Below are positions 47,801 through 58,711 of a DNA stretch of 58,711 bases, one piece after another (within the stretch, counting starts at the first letter, position 1; each line of letters begins with the position of its first letter). Source of the stretch: an uncultured delta proteobacterium (GTDB lineage: Bacteria > Desulfobacterota > Binatia > Bin18); contig CAVTCR010000084.1 of assembly GCA_963733195.1 (NCBI GenBank), forward strand, positions 1-58,711, given 5' to 3'. The notes beneath the pieces were generated by a model. That model did no database searches and was not told the origin of the DNA. It saw nothing but the letters and a program-made list of their open reading frames with translations. A program made the translations under genes and the position numbers.

Positions 47801-48458
47801 GGCCCACGCGGAGGCGGTACAGACCCTCACTCACGAGCAGGGGTTTGCCTGGTGGTGGGGCGTTGGGATGAGCCTGCGGGGCTGGGCACTCGTCGAGCGT
47901 GCCGCGCAGTCGGGTGCCCGGGAGCAGAGAGAAGCAGGACTGGTGCAGCTCCGGGAGGGGCTGGCTGCTGTGCGGGCCACGGAGGCAGAGCTGTGGGTCC
48001 CATTATTGCTGGGCGCGTTGGCCCAGGGCTCTGCGCAAGGCGGCCAGGCAGAAGAAGGGCTGAAGGTGATCGCCGAGGCGCTGGCGATGGTGGAGAAGAA
48101 TGAGGAACGCTGGAACGAAGCCGAACTCTACCGCCTCAAGGGGGAGCTGACGCTGCAACAGAGCAGTTCAAAGTTCGGCAGCGAGCAGGCAGCAACTCAG
48201 CCCCTCACATCGAGCACCCAAGGGCCGAAGGCGAAGCCGAAGCGTGCTTTCTCAAAGCCATCGAGATTGCCCGCAAGCAGCAGGCGAAGTCGCTGGAACT
48301 GCGCGCGACGATGAGCCTAGCGCGCCTGTGGCAACAGCAAGGCAAGCAACGCACGAAGCTCACGACAAAGGTTAGCCGAAATCTACAACTGGTTCACGGA
48401 AGGGTTTGACACCAAAGATTTGCAAGAGGCGAAGGCGTTGCTAGAAGAATTGGCCTGA
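44896..48458 (+). CDS. Adenylate/guanylate cyclase-AAA-TPR protein (copy 3, many frameshifts)
   Basis: [65 protein letters not shown]. Confidence 0.88.
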
Positions 48459-48620
48459 AACAAGGAGTATGGAAGTAAAAGGAAGAGAAACCAACAACCC
48501 TCACCCATGAGTAGATTGCTGCTGTATCTTTTTACACACTATTTGACACTATCATCCTTTGTCCCTTATCCATTGCCCTGATCCCCCATGTCCCCATTTT
48601 CCCTACGGCCTTGATTGCGG

Positions 48621-49302
48621 TTACAACTGAATTTGCCACAGCCTGCCGTCCTGTAACAACCACATCCCATTTTCAGCGAATGGATTGTAGGTCCATCGCT
48701 GACTCAAATAGACACTGTAGAGTGCGCGCGCGCCCACTGGCCCCCAGATCTGGCCATGAAAAATGCTGCGGCAATGGCAGCTCGGCAATGCGTCGGGAGC
48801 GCCTCCCCCACAGGAGATACTCTTTATCACCGGCTTCATGTTCAGGTGGCACCGGGGGACACTGGTACCTCGTCGGCAATCCCTCCACACGCATCGGCAC
48901 GCGGCTGCCGTGCGTAAGTCCGTCGAGGCTGTAATACAGAAAAGCGTGAGTGAATTCTCCTGTCATATCACTATAGGTTATCGTTTCCGCGCGGATTTCT
49001 TGTACCGTCACTTCGGTACTCCAGCTCCTGCCGCGCTGGAGTACCTCACAAAACGAGTGGAGCAGAAATCGCGAGTCTACATCTACATTGGTGGCAAGAA
49101 GCTGAGTGCGCGAGAAAGGTGGAATCACCCAAAGCGGACATGAGCGAACTACCGGATAGGTCGCTGGCTGAGGAATCATGACGGCCGTGGGATGCGCACG
49201 CTTCCAGTTGGGCGGCTGCTCCCGACGCGTCGTGGTCCAATGCAGCACGACCATTTCAATACTGTCTTCAGGATCTTGCCACTCTTTGCGGAGGAAAAAC
49301 AT
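48621..49302 (-). CDS. Uncharacterised two-domain protein (family member P4; frameshift near 48760)
   Basis: KEWQDPEDSIEMVVLHWT..QPPNW; C-terminus LPLPQHF|HGQIWGPVGARALY matches the family motif; directly downstream of GH57. Confidence 0.75.
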
Positions 49303-49440
49303 GACAGTCGCACTCAGTAGTCAGCAGTTCAGTTGTCAGTATTGCTAGTTTCGTCGCCCCTTCTCCATCGGCAGGCGCAGCCTGCCCTACATCGAACCCG
49401 AAAATCCGTAGGGCGGGCTCTGCCCGCCGACGAGCAGCAA

Positions 49441-51129
49441 TCACAATCCAGCTCTTGCATTTCTATAAGCCTGGTCCCTACCCTCGGTCGCCCCCCAGAA
49501 ACGACTGAGGTCGCGCTCAGGGAATGGTGCGTTCTGCTGTTCCATCTCCTCCAGCCCGTGCAGTTCCTCCTCGGATAGTGTCTCGCCCGCCAGTAAACAC
49601 TCCGCCCAGGTACAGCACGATTGAAAGTTTTTGCGATGGAGAGCAAAACGCTGTCGCGCATGATCCGCGGTGTTCCCAGTACTGATCATAAACGGCCAAT
49701 CAGAGGACTGGAGCAACAAGAGTTCACGCCCGCACTGGCGGACGATACGGGTCAATTGCTGATCGATGACCTTATCCTGTAACTGCTGTGTGAGTTGCTG
49801 CATATCGCACTCGGCCTGATAGAGGTCGTGCCAGAGTTGGCGTGTGCCAGGCTGCCACCATACACGATGGTCACCACCATCTCCCCAGGAAGACTCATTG
49901 AGTTGTACCGTGCGCTGTGGCGGAGACTGACGCAAATACTCTTGACACGTAGTCAGAGTAATGTCGCCGTCGGTTGTGATCTGCCGTAAGAGTTCAGAGA
50001 CCCACTGTGGACCTTCAAACCACCAGTGACCAAACAGCTCGGTATCGAATGCTGCGACGACCACACCGCGCTCACCTGTTTGCTGCCAATGGCTACGCAA
50101 CCGTTCACGTAGCACCTGAGCAAAGTGAGTCGCGTGTATTCGGACCTGGGTAGAAGCCCACTCCGGCATATACGGCTGCTTGTAAGCTAAATCAGCCCGA
50201 CGATCAGTAATCCGCCAGTACCGCAACCCGCCCTCGCGTTGCTTTTTATGAAACTCCAGATACACCGGGTCGCCGGGATAGCCGCTGTCGTGTTGCCAGA
50301 CCCGCGCGCTCGTCTCAAAGTCGCGGGTGAACAACGCTACCGAGGCCGAGGAAGAATCTCGTCCATCGACCCAATGCAAGCGACAAGGGGAATGATGCGC
50401 ATAGTCGGGCGCACTGCCTCTGAGCTGGCGTGCATCAACGATGAAATATTGGAGACCAGCAGCAGCCAGGAGTTGGTCGATCGCTGGCCGCTCAGTGGTC
50501 GGTAATTCTGCGATATCGTCGAATGGTGGTGTCCACTGCATGGCTGGTCGGTACGCACATTCTGGTAACCAGAACCCGTGCGGGTGTGTGCCGAAGTGCC
50601 GTCGGTACGAGGCTGTACCGATTTCAATCTGCGTGCGGACACTGCTATCGAGTGCGAGTAGCGGCAGATACGCATGCGTAGCCGCAGACGTGAGCACTTC
50701 GACTTCTTCGCGCTTTTGCAACCGGCGGAGTGCACCAATGATATTACTCGACAGCTCACCGACGAAGAACGTCGCTGTGCGTCGATAAAACTCGGCCCAC
50801 AAACCCGCGAGCCGTGCCAGGTGGTTGTCGTTGCGTCTGGTGAAGACACGTTGATCCTCGTGGGCTGCTTGCACCTTTTGCTCCACGTAGGCGAGAAATT
50901 GGGGCGCGAAGTGCGGGTCCGCTAGTTGCTCGAGCAACACTGGCGTCAGTCCAATAGTCACTTTAGGCGATATTTTACGTAGACTGAGATGGGTGAATAC
51001 CTGTAAGAGTGGAAGATATGACTCCGCTACCGCTTCAAACAACCACTCCTCCTCTAGTCGGTTGTGGGTCAGCACATACGGCAGATGAGAATGAAGGACA
51101 AGAGCAAACGCACCGATGGGTTCAGGCAT
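49441..51129 (-). CDS. GH57 1,4-alpha-glucan branching enzyme (with DUF1957)
   Basis: LHSHLPYV, ESYLPLL, FWLPECAY, FDTELFGHWWFEGP, QSSDWPF. Confidence 0.92.
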   Translation of the reverse strand: MPEPIGAFALVLHSHLPYVLTHNRLEEEWLFEAVAESYLPLLQVFTHLSLRKISPKVTIGLTPVLLEQLADPHFAPQFLAYVEQKVQAAHEDQRVFTRRNDNHLARLAGLWAEFYRRTATFFVGELSSNIIGALRRLQKREEVEVLTSAATHAYLPLLALDSSVRTQIEIGTASYRRHFGTHPHGFWLPECAYRPAMQWTPPFDDIAELPTTERPAIDQLLAAAGLQYFIVDARQLRGSAPDYAHHSPCRLHWVDGRDSSSASVALFTRDFETSARVWQHDSGYPGDPVYLEFHKKQREGGLRYWRITDRRADLAYKQPYMPEWASTQVRIHATHFAQVLRERLRSHWQQTGERGVVVAAFDTELFGHWWFEGPQWVSELLRQITTDGDITLTTCQEYLRQSPPQRTVQLNESSWGDGGDHRVWWQPGTRQLWHDLYQAECDMQQLTQQLQDKVIDQQLTRIVRQCGRELLLLQSSDWPFMISTGNTADHARQRFALHRKNFQSCCTWAECLLAGETLSEEELHGLEEMEQQNAPFPERDLSRFWGATEGRDQAYRNARAGL

Positions 51130-51142
51130 AGATTCTCGAAGA

Positions 51143-52640
51143 TTAAGACAGGCGCGGTTTGGCGGCTAGCAGTTGGCGGTAACGATCGACATAACGCGAA
51201 GCTGCTGAGCGCTCCCACGAAAAGTCTTGCTGCATGGCATTCTGTACCAACTGCCGCCACGCCGCACGATCACCAAACACGCGCAGGGCCTCGGTGACAG
51301 CAGCGAGCAATGCCTCACCACTCGCCTCTTGAAAAACAAAGCCGGTCCCCTGTTTTGTAACAGTGTTGAACGGCTCGACCGAATCCCGCAGGCCGCCAGT
51401 TGCCCGTACGATTGGAATGGTACCGTATCGCAAACTGTAGAGCTGATTGAGCCCGCAGGGTTCATAGCGCGACGGCATAAGGAAACAATCACTGCCAGCC
51501 TCGATTTGATGTGCCAGGGCATCATCAAAACCGAGACGGACGCCGATCTTCTCAGGATACGTCGTACTCAAGCGAGTCAGATAGTCCTCATAGGGAGCGT
51601 AGCCCGAGCCCAAGATCACAAAGCGGACATTCAGCGTCAACAAACGATCAAGCGCAGCGGCGACAAGATCAAATCCCTTCTGGTCGACGAGTCGAGAAAT
51701 CATGCCCACCACAGGGGTGTCGAGATCTTGAGGGAAATTAAACGTCTGCAATAGCGCTTGTTTACAGGCGACTTTGCCAGTCAGATCCGTAGCATCATAC
51801 CGCGCGGCAATCGCTGGGTCATGCTCTGGGCTCCAGACCGTATAGTCAGCACCGTTCAAAATGCCGGTCAGCGCATTGCGTCGTGCACGTAAAACCCCAT
51901 CGAGGCGAAACCCGAGGTCTGGGGTGCAAATCTCTTCGGCGTAACTAGGGCTAACTGTCGTCAGGCCATCGGCGTACAGCAACCCCGCTTTCATAAAGCT
52001 CATCGAGCCAAAAAATTCGACACCATCCGGTTGAAAGAGCTGCGGTGGGAGTCCAGTGAGCGGAAACGCCCATGCTGGGAATACACCTTGATAGGCAAGA
52101 TTATGCACGGTGTACACCGTCGCTACCGCAGAGAGTCGCGCATCAAGCCACGGGAGCACACGCAGATAGGCAGGAATCAGACCGGTTTGCCAGTCGTGGC
52201 AATGAACGACGTGCGGGAACGCCTCGAAGCGGGCCGCCAAGGTCAACGCCGCGCGACAGAAGAAGGTGAACCGAATCGCATTATCAGGATAATCTCCATC
52301 CTGAGTGCCGTAGAGCCCAGGACGGCCAAAGAACTCATCTTGTTCAAGGAAATAGACCGGCACAGGGTGATCAGACTCTTCGCTGCCTTGGCAGAGGACT
52401 CTGCCACACCCGTGTGGTTCGGTTGCCGACAATCAGCGGCACTTGCAGATCGCTAAACGCTTCTGTGAGTGCAAAATTTCCCTCACGAACTGTTTGGTAC
52501 ATTGGCATGACGACCCGGACGTCATGCCCGAGCGTGGCCAACGCTTTCGGCAATGCACCAACCACATCACCCAAGCCACCGGTCTTGGCGAACGGAGCCA
52601 CCTCGGCAGAAACAAACAGGATACGCAATGGTTCGTCCAT
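51143..52640 (-). CDS. glgA: Glycogen synthase (GT5), one frameshift
   Basis: [48 protein letters not shown]. Confidence 0.95.
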
Positions 52641-52875
52641 GACTCTCGCCTCGTTACGGTTGAGAACCTGCTCCCTCCTATAGTACGGTTTGGGGAAAGA
52701 ACAAAGGGAGGTGGGAGAAGACCTACCGTCAAGTCAATCCTGCAGGACGCTGAAAAGCCTGCAATTGACATTAGGGACGATGACAAGCCTATAGGGTGGC
52801 CTCGGGAAAGCGTCTTTCTCTAGCCGGCAGATTCGATGGCGAAGGAGCTTTTCGCAGCCCAGAAGGAGTCTCATT

Positions 52876-54114
52876 ATGAAGGCACGCATCTTGGGCATGA
52901 TACTGGCTGGTGGCGAAGGGTCCCGTCTTTTACCCCTCACCCGCGACCGCGCCAAACCGGCAGTTCCGTTTGGTGGCAAGTACCGCATTATCGATTTCGT
53001 CCTCTCCAATTTTATTAACTCAGAAATTTATTCCATTTACGTGTTGGTACAGTTTAAGTGTCAGTCGTTGATCGAGCACCTGCAAGAACGCTGGCGCTTT
53101 GGCGGAGTCTTGGGTGAGCACTTCATCTCCTCTGTACCGGCACAGATGTGGAAGGGACAGGTCTGGTATCAGGGCAATGCCGACGCCGTGTATCAGAATC
53201 TCCACTTGATCGAAAACTTTCAGCCGGATTTTGTTGCCGTCTTTGGCGCCGATCACATCTACCGCATGGATATTCGTCAGATGATGACCTTTCATCTGGA
53301 ACACCAGGCAGAAGTCACGATTGCTGCTTTCCCGGTGCCAGTCGAAGAAGGGTCTGCCTTCGGCATTCTCCAGGTCGAGAAAGACGGGCGGATTACCGGG
53401 TTCGAGGAAAAGCCCGCCCACCCAACCCCATTGCCTCATGACTCGCGTTATTGCCTTGCGTCGATGGGAAACTATTTTTTTTCCACTCCTCTGCTCCGAG
53501 AACTTTTAGAAAAAGACAAACATCAGGAGGAGAAGAATAATGACTTTGGTCGTGACGTCATTCCGCCGCTGATCGAACACCATCGGGTCTACGCGTATGA
53601 TTTTCGCAGCAATCGCATTCTGGGTGAGCGTGATGAGCAGTCGCCCTATTGGCGCGATGTGGGTACGCTGGACGCCTATTACGCCGCGAGCATGGACCTG
53701 CGCGGGTCGATTCCGTCCCTCAATCTCTACAATCCTGCGTGGCCAATCCGTAGCGGCGTTTCTACACTTCCACCAGCGAAATTTGCCAATGATGAAGGAC
53801 GACAGGGAATCGCAAGTCAGTCGATTGTTTCGGAAGGTTGTATCATCAGCGGAGCAACAGTCGTCGATTCGGTATTGGCGCCGGACGTGTTCGTGCAGTG
53901 CCATGCTCATGTAGAACAATCGGTGATTATGAACGGCTGCCGCATCCGACGCCATGCACGCGTACGCCGGACCATTCTCGACAAGAACGTGGTCGTGCCG
54001 GAAGGGGAAGTCATTGGCTGGGACCTTGAGCGAGACCGCCAACGCTTTACGCTCTCAGAGGAGGGGGTTGTCGTTGTCCCGAAGGGCTATACTCTTTTGC
54101 TTGACTTGTGGTGA
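52876..54114 (+). CDS. glgC: Glucose-1-phosphate adenylyltransferase
   Basis: LAGGEGSRLLPLT..RAKPAVPFGGKYRIIDF, GADHIYRMD, FEEKP, YWRDVGT. Confidence 0.96.
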   Translation: MKARILGMILAGGEGSRLLPLTRDRAKPAVPFGGKYRIIDFVLSNFINSEIYSIYVLVQFKCQSLIEHLQERWRFGGVLGEHFISSVPAQMWKGQVWYQGNADAVYQNLHLIENFQPDFVAVFGADHIYRMDIRQMMTFHLEHQAEVTIAAFPVPVEEGSAFGILQVEKDGRITGFEEKPAHPTPLPHDSRYCLASMGNYFFSTPLLRELLEKDKHQEEKNNDFGRDVIPPLIEHHRVYAYDFRSNRILGERDEQSPYWRDVGTLDAYYAASMDLRGSIPSLNLYNPAWPIRSGVSTLPPAKFANDEGRQGIASQSIVSEGCIISGATVVDSVLAPDVFVQCHAHVEQSVIMNGCRIRRHARVRRTILDKNVVVPEGEVIGWDLERDRQRFTLSEEGVVVVPKGYTLLLDLW

Positions 54115-54178
54115 CAAAATGAAGGAAAAGCACCGCGGATACCAACGTTGCGCTTCAAGATGATGGAGTTTCCGTTCC

Positions 54179-54381
54179 TGTCATTCTGAGCCGTAAGCGA
54201 AGAATCTCTCAGAGAAAAGAGACCCTTGGCTTCGCTGCTCAGAAACAAAATCTTCGACCCGTCCGTCCACGCGTGGCAGCTCGTCATTCCGGGCAAGGCC
54301 AGAGGCCGCGACCCGGAATCCAGGGACAAAACTGGATTCCCGCTCCCGGTAGAACCTGGGACAAGCTCCGCGGGAATGACG
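54179..54381. repeat. Two REP-like GTCATT-type palindromic elements
   Basis: TGTCATTCTGAGC...GCTCAGAAACA (54179-54247) and CGTCATTCC...GGAATGACG (54282-54381). Confidence 0.7.
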
Positions 54382-54491
54382 GCCAAGGAGACACCCTCTG
54401 TTTCTGCCTCCACGCTTAGTTCGCCGTGCTATGGAGGGCTCGTAATGACAACCTCTAGTCAATCTGACTGAGCACCAATACAATATCACAC

Positions 54492-55956
54492 ATGGACATC
54501 TATACTCCCGACTGGGTGAGAGACGCCGTTTTTTATCAAATTTTTCCTGATCGTTTCGCTCGTAGTTCGCGTGTAGCGAAACCTGACTACCTTGAGCCGT
54601 GGGACGCACCACCAACGTTACGGGGGTATAAAGGCGGTGACCTGTACGGCATCATCGAACATCTCGATCACATTGAGTCGTTGGGTGCAAATGCCCTGTA
54701 TCTGACTCCGATCTTTCAGGCCGCGTCAAACCATCGCTACAACACCCATGATTACTATCAGGTTGATCCTATGTTGGGTGGCAACGCAGCTTTGCGCGAA
54801 TTACTCACTGTCTGTCACGCTCGTAACATTCGTGTGATTCTCGATGGCGTGTTTAACCATGCTGGTCGTGGCTTTTTTCCTTTCCATGACTTACTGGAAA
54901 GTGGGACGCAGAGTCCCTACCGTGATTGGTTTCACGTTCAATCCTTTCCACTGAACGCCTACCACCCGTATCAAAAGCCTGGATATAGCGGCTGGTGGGG
55001 ATTAGCCTCATTGCCCAAGTTCAATACCAGAACACCCGCTGTGCGTGAGTTTCTGTGGAACGTCGCCACGCACTGGTTGGAGTTTGGAGTGGACGGGTGG
55101 CGTTTGGATGCGCCCAACGAAATTGATGACGACAGCTTTTGGCAGGAATTGCGCCGTCGCTGTCGCGCGGTCAACCCTGACGCCTATCTTGTCGGCGAAG
55201 TCTGGGGTGATGCGCAGCGCTGGCTGCAAGGAGATCAGTTTGATGCCGTGATGCACTACGAACTGACTCGGTTGCTTTTCGGTTTTGTCGGGGCAGAGAA
55301 CACTCAACCACGAGCAGATCAGTAAGGGTGCATATAAACAGATCGCGCCGTTGCGAGCCGAAGAGTTTGGCGAGGCGATCGACCAGATGTATAACAAATA
55401 CCATCCGGCGGTCACCGACGTGCAATTCACGCTGTTGGGTAGTCATGACCCAGCCCGAGTCCTCACCCTTTTTGACGAGGACGAATCCGCGCTACGTCTG
55501 GCACTCTTGTTCCAGATGACGTATCCAGGCGCGCCGTGTATCTACTATGGCGATGAGATTGGCCTCACCGGCAACCACGATCCAGACAATCGTCGCGCCA
55601 TGCCGTGGAACACACCAGACAGTTGGAACACGGAATTATTTGCATACACTCAACGCTTGATCCGCTTGCGCCGTGAGCATGCCGCGTTACGACGCGGAAG
55701 CTTCAAGCCCTTGGTCGCTCGTGATGGCGTCTATGCCTATGCCCGAGTGTTAGAAGATGAATGTTGGATCGTCGCACTCAACGTGAATCAACATGCAGTG
55801 AAGCTGCACATTCCGATTGTCGATCTCCCACAGTTTCATGGTGAGTGCTGGGAAGTACTAAGTGGACAACGAGTACATATCGAAGATCAGCAACTGACCG
55901 ATTACGACATTCCAGCTCGTGCCGGCGTGTTACTTGGGAATGGGAGACGGCCATAG
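54492..55956 (+). CDS. GH13 neopullulanase/cyclomaltodextrinase (one frameshift)
   Basis: [47 protein letters not shown]. Confidence 0.92.
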
Positions 55957-56060
55957 ATCCTGATAATGTGTTTCGTGCTTCTACGGTAACTGACAACTAA
56001 GAGCCGACAACCTCCGGTTCGCTATTTCTCCATTTCTTCCTTTCCTTAATGCAGCGATGT

Positions 56061-56273
56061 TTATGCAGCCTGATGTAATTTTTCTACTTGTTCGTCCAAT
56101 GTTCGTAAGACGGTTTGAATACCTTCCACCGCGGGTTCCTCAAAGAGCGGTTCACCACACTGCGGACACAGCCAAGCTGGCAGATCTTGCAGTACAATCA
56201 CATAGCCTTTGCGGCTATCGGTGAACGTCGCCGTTCCACGTTGTAACTCTGCTTGGCAGTGAAAGCATTTCAT
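56061..56273 (-). CDS. YgiT-type zinc finger protein (MqsA-like antitoxin)
   Basis: MKCFHC...LPAWLCPQCGE. Confidence 0.88.
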   Translation of the reverse strand: MKCFHCQAELQRGTATFTDSRKGYVIVLQDLPAWLCPQCGEPLFEEPAVEGIQTVLRTLDEQVEKLHQAA

Positions 56274-56590
56274 TACGATTCCTTTCTGCGTTGCCGCTTG
56301 GTTTCATCCCATTCCGTAGCATCCGGAATGTAGGCCGTGATGATAGCAAGATACTCGTCTTTTGGTGAGCAGACTACATGAATGATCCGCCCTGGGGTAG
56401 GCTCTCCTCTCAACAAGCAGCTGTGGCCGCGTATATCCTCAGGATAATCTTCAATCACATCTGCTTGTAACACGACTTCTCGTACTTCCGCCGCAGTAAT
56501 CATCCGGTCAGGTTTGTTCATTTGCCGAATGGCATGAGGAAGGAACAGCAACTTCTTTGCTGCGGTTGTTCGTATACGATCTTTGATCAT
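56273..56590 (-). CDS. DUF4258 family protein (putative toxin)
   Basis: HAIRQM...VIEDYPEDIRGHSCL...HVVC...IITAYIPD; coupled to the YgiT gene. Confidence 0.85.
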   Translation of the reverse strand: MIKDRIRTTAAKKLLFLPHAIRQMNKPDRMITAAEVREVVLQADVIEDYPEDIRGHSCLLRGEPTPGRIIHVVCSPKDEYLAIITAYIPDATEWDETKRQRRKES

Positions 56591-56610
56591 CCCGGTCTCG
56601 TATTCTCCCT

Positions 56611-56691
56611 TTATGCTAACTCACCGAGCAGCTCCTTCGCCTCTTGCAAGTCTTTTGTATCAAAGCCTTCGGTGAACCAGGAGAAGATTTT
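56611..56691 (-). repeat. Duplicated 3' end of a cyclase gene ([25 protein letters not shown])
   Basis: Isolated ~26 codons between two TA pairs, with no upstream cyclase sequence. Confidence 0.85.
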
Positions 56692-56708
56692 CCCTTCTCG
56701 TCTCGAAA

Positions 56709-57168
56709 TCATTCTTGACCTTTGAGATCGTCGAGAACAAGCACTCGGAGTTCTATCGAATGTTTGAGTGCAGAATCATTTTCGTCAAAAAAGCTTGGCA
56801 TCCAGCGGTCAATGCCGCCGCGATTTGCAGTGCATCCGGGGTGCGGAAACGATAACGAGCACGCAAATCGGCTGCACGCTCAGCAATGACAGAATCAATA
56901 GGGAGCAGTTTGAAATTGCGGCTATGGAAGCAGTAGGTCTCGGTACTCTTGTTCGACTGTCGTGTTACCTTTCTGCTTTGGCTGGGTAAGCACCTCGGTT
57001 AAGGTCACCATCGAGCTGTATCCCAGCATCGCTCCAGTATCTACGCGCCGGATAAAGTCACGCACGATATCCCCATAGATAGGATGGCGCTCCACAAAAG
57101 TAGATCAACGGCGCGGTGTCGAAGCCTAAAGCGGTGACACCAACCAGGACATCATCAGCCTTGCTCAT
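56709..57168 (-). CDS. PIN-domain (VapC-like) toxin, frameshifted
   Basis: GFDTAPLIYF, SSMVTLTEVL, LRARYRFRTPDALQIAAAL; end approximate. Confidence 0.82.
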
Positions 57169-57406
57169 GGTCGATGGTCCCACTCTTTGCGCAGCTCATT
57201 GACATACTCTTGGGCGTCAATTCCCTCCCATAATTCCGCTCCAAGACCTTCGAGTTTAGTAAACTTCGCTGACGAGGTTCTTCAGTCATTGTCGTTATAG
57301 CCAAATCGTGAGCAATTATCGCTACCAGGCGTAGCCGTTCAGCTGTGGGTAACAGTTTGATTTGCTGCTCGTACAATTGTTCAGCAGTCGTAGTGCTTAT
57401 TCACAT
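57165..57406 (-). CDS. Putative antitoxin partner of the PIN toxin (frameshifted)
   Basis: IKLLPTAERLRLVA...LEGLGAELWEGIDAQEYVNELRKEWD; ATGA overlap with the toxin; start uncertain. Confidence 0.7.
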
Positions 57407-57464
57407 GCAACCTCCCATATCCTTTCTACGATAGAGATCGTTAATGATTCAATGGCTCAATCAC

Positions 57465-58711
57465 TCAATGACTCAATTCTTCAACAGTTCTTTCGCCTCT
57501 TGCAAGTCCTTCGTATCAAACCCCTCGGTGAACCAGTTGTAGATCTCGGATAAATGGGGTGGAGCTTCATGTGCTTACCTTGTTGTTGCCATAGACGTGC
57601 GAGGCTGGTGGCGGCACGGAGTTCGAGCGACTTCGCCTGCTGGCGACGAGCAACTTCAATCGCTTTTAGAAAACATTCCTCAGCTTCGTCAACTTTGAAC
57701 TTTGAACCTTGAACTTTGAACTGTTGAAGCGTCAGCTCGCCTTTCAGCCGATATAGCTCGGCTTCGTAGTACCGTTCCTTAGTTTTCTCCACCATAGCGA
57801 GCGCCTCGGCCAGAAGGGAAGCCCCTCTTCGGCCTTCCCGAGTCTGCCATATGCCTCAGCCAGAAGACCAAGAAAATGCGGTCGCAGGAGGCCTTACTCC
57901 TCTACGGCCTGTAAAGGCCTCAAGACCCTGCTGTATTTGGGTTGACCCCCTCCTCTCCCGGTGCCGGCCTTCCGAGCAGGTCTGTTGGTTCAACTCATCG
58001 CCCCGCCCCGGAATCCTGTTCCCATAGTCAGCCAGAAAGGAAAACCCTGGTCGGTTGCGAGCGCGATGGCGGCCTCTGCTCGCTCCGAGCCGCCTGACCT
58101 TCTCGACGGAATCTGATGGAACCAACACGAACAGCTCAAAGCAAACCCTAGGGTAAAAGGATGAGAGAAATCACGAAGTAAAGGCAAATGCCTCCTGGAC
58201 CCTCTTCAGGGCCTGGTCCGGATAGCCCAATATCCACAAAGTCCAGGCAACATGGACGCGCAAAAATACGCCAGGGTCTTGGCCGTACAGGAGGATATTC
58301 GAGCGGTGTTTCCCGGGGTCGTAGAGGGCGAGCCCCTGCTCTAAGGTGGCGGGCTAGGAGCCAGCTCCCCCAAGAAAAACAAAGTCAATCCCAAGCGCAT
58401 AGCAAGCTTCGACAGAAGAGCCGGATCCTGTTCCCGTACTGGGCGAATGTAGACACTGCTCACCCGACTCCCGCGCGGGGTGGAAGTCCGGCTGCGTGAC
58501 ATAAAACGTCCACAGTCCCCGCAGCACCGGAAAGAGTTGCGGGGTCTCGCCGATCTGCTGACACAGTTCGCGCGCTCGCGCGTAAGTCCTGCCTACTTCC
58601 GGGGCGCCGTAGCCCTTGATGGCCACGAAAACATGACCAAGTGTCGTCTGTAAGACTAGCTCTTGCGAAGTTCGCTCTGGGGTATCCGGCCCTGAAGGTC
58701 TTCAACACCAC
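57465..58711 (-). CDS. Cyclase-AAA-TPR-type protein, C-terminal part only (copy 4; runs off the window; error-rich)
   Basis: KGYGAPEV..YARARELC, YEAELYRLKGELTL, AKSLELRAATSLARLW; ends EELSH*. Confidence 0.85.

Larger units (their letters stand above)
43471..48553 (+). mobile_element. IS256-family element, possibly extended to include cyclase copy 3
   Basis: Left end GAGGTAACTCTAGAAAGTGTGGAAAC; an IS256-like right end TTTACACACTATTTGACACTATC appears only at ~48531-48553; no TSD found. Confidence 0.5.

Overview
Bacterial sequence with many indels, probably a long-read metagenomic contig. Gene content (multiple cyclase-AAA-TPR paralogues, LLM/F420-type oxidoreductases, amidohydrolases) suggests a Binatia- or Tectomicrobia-like organism; this is inference. 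Region 1 (1-16.2 kb) is a decaying catabolic patchwork: TetR with two operators, three amidohydrolases, two Baeyer-Villiger monooxygenases, LLM/PPOX oxidoreductases, truncated genes, and a 216-bp inverted repeat pair around a 4.4-kb segment. Region 2 (21.6-56 kb) is a glycogen/alpha-glucan locus: glgX, a GH13 amylase-like gene, GH57 branching enzyme, glgA, glgC, neopullulanase and malate synthase. It also holds four full copies and one remnant of an unrecognised, probably starch-binding two-domain protein family, duplicated ABM proteins, and a CBM48-esterase-Hsp20 fusion. Four adenylate/guanylate cyclase-AAA-TPR genes are interspersed. Twice a toxin-antitoxin-like pair sits between a cyclase 3' end and a duplicated copy of that 3' end, and one cyclase appears to lie inside IS256 ends. 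No rRNA, tRNA or CRISPR array was seen.
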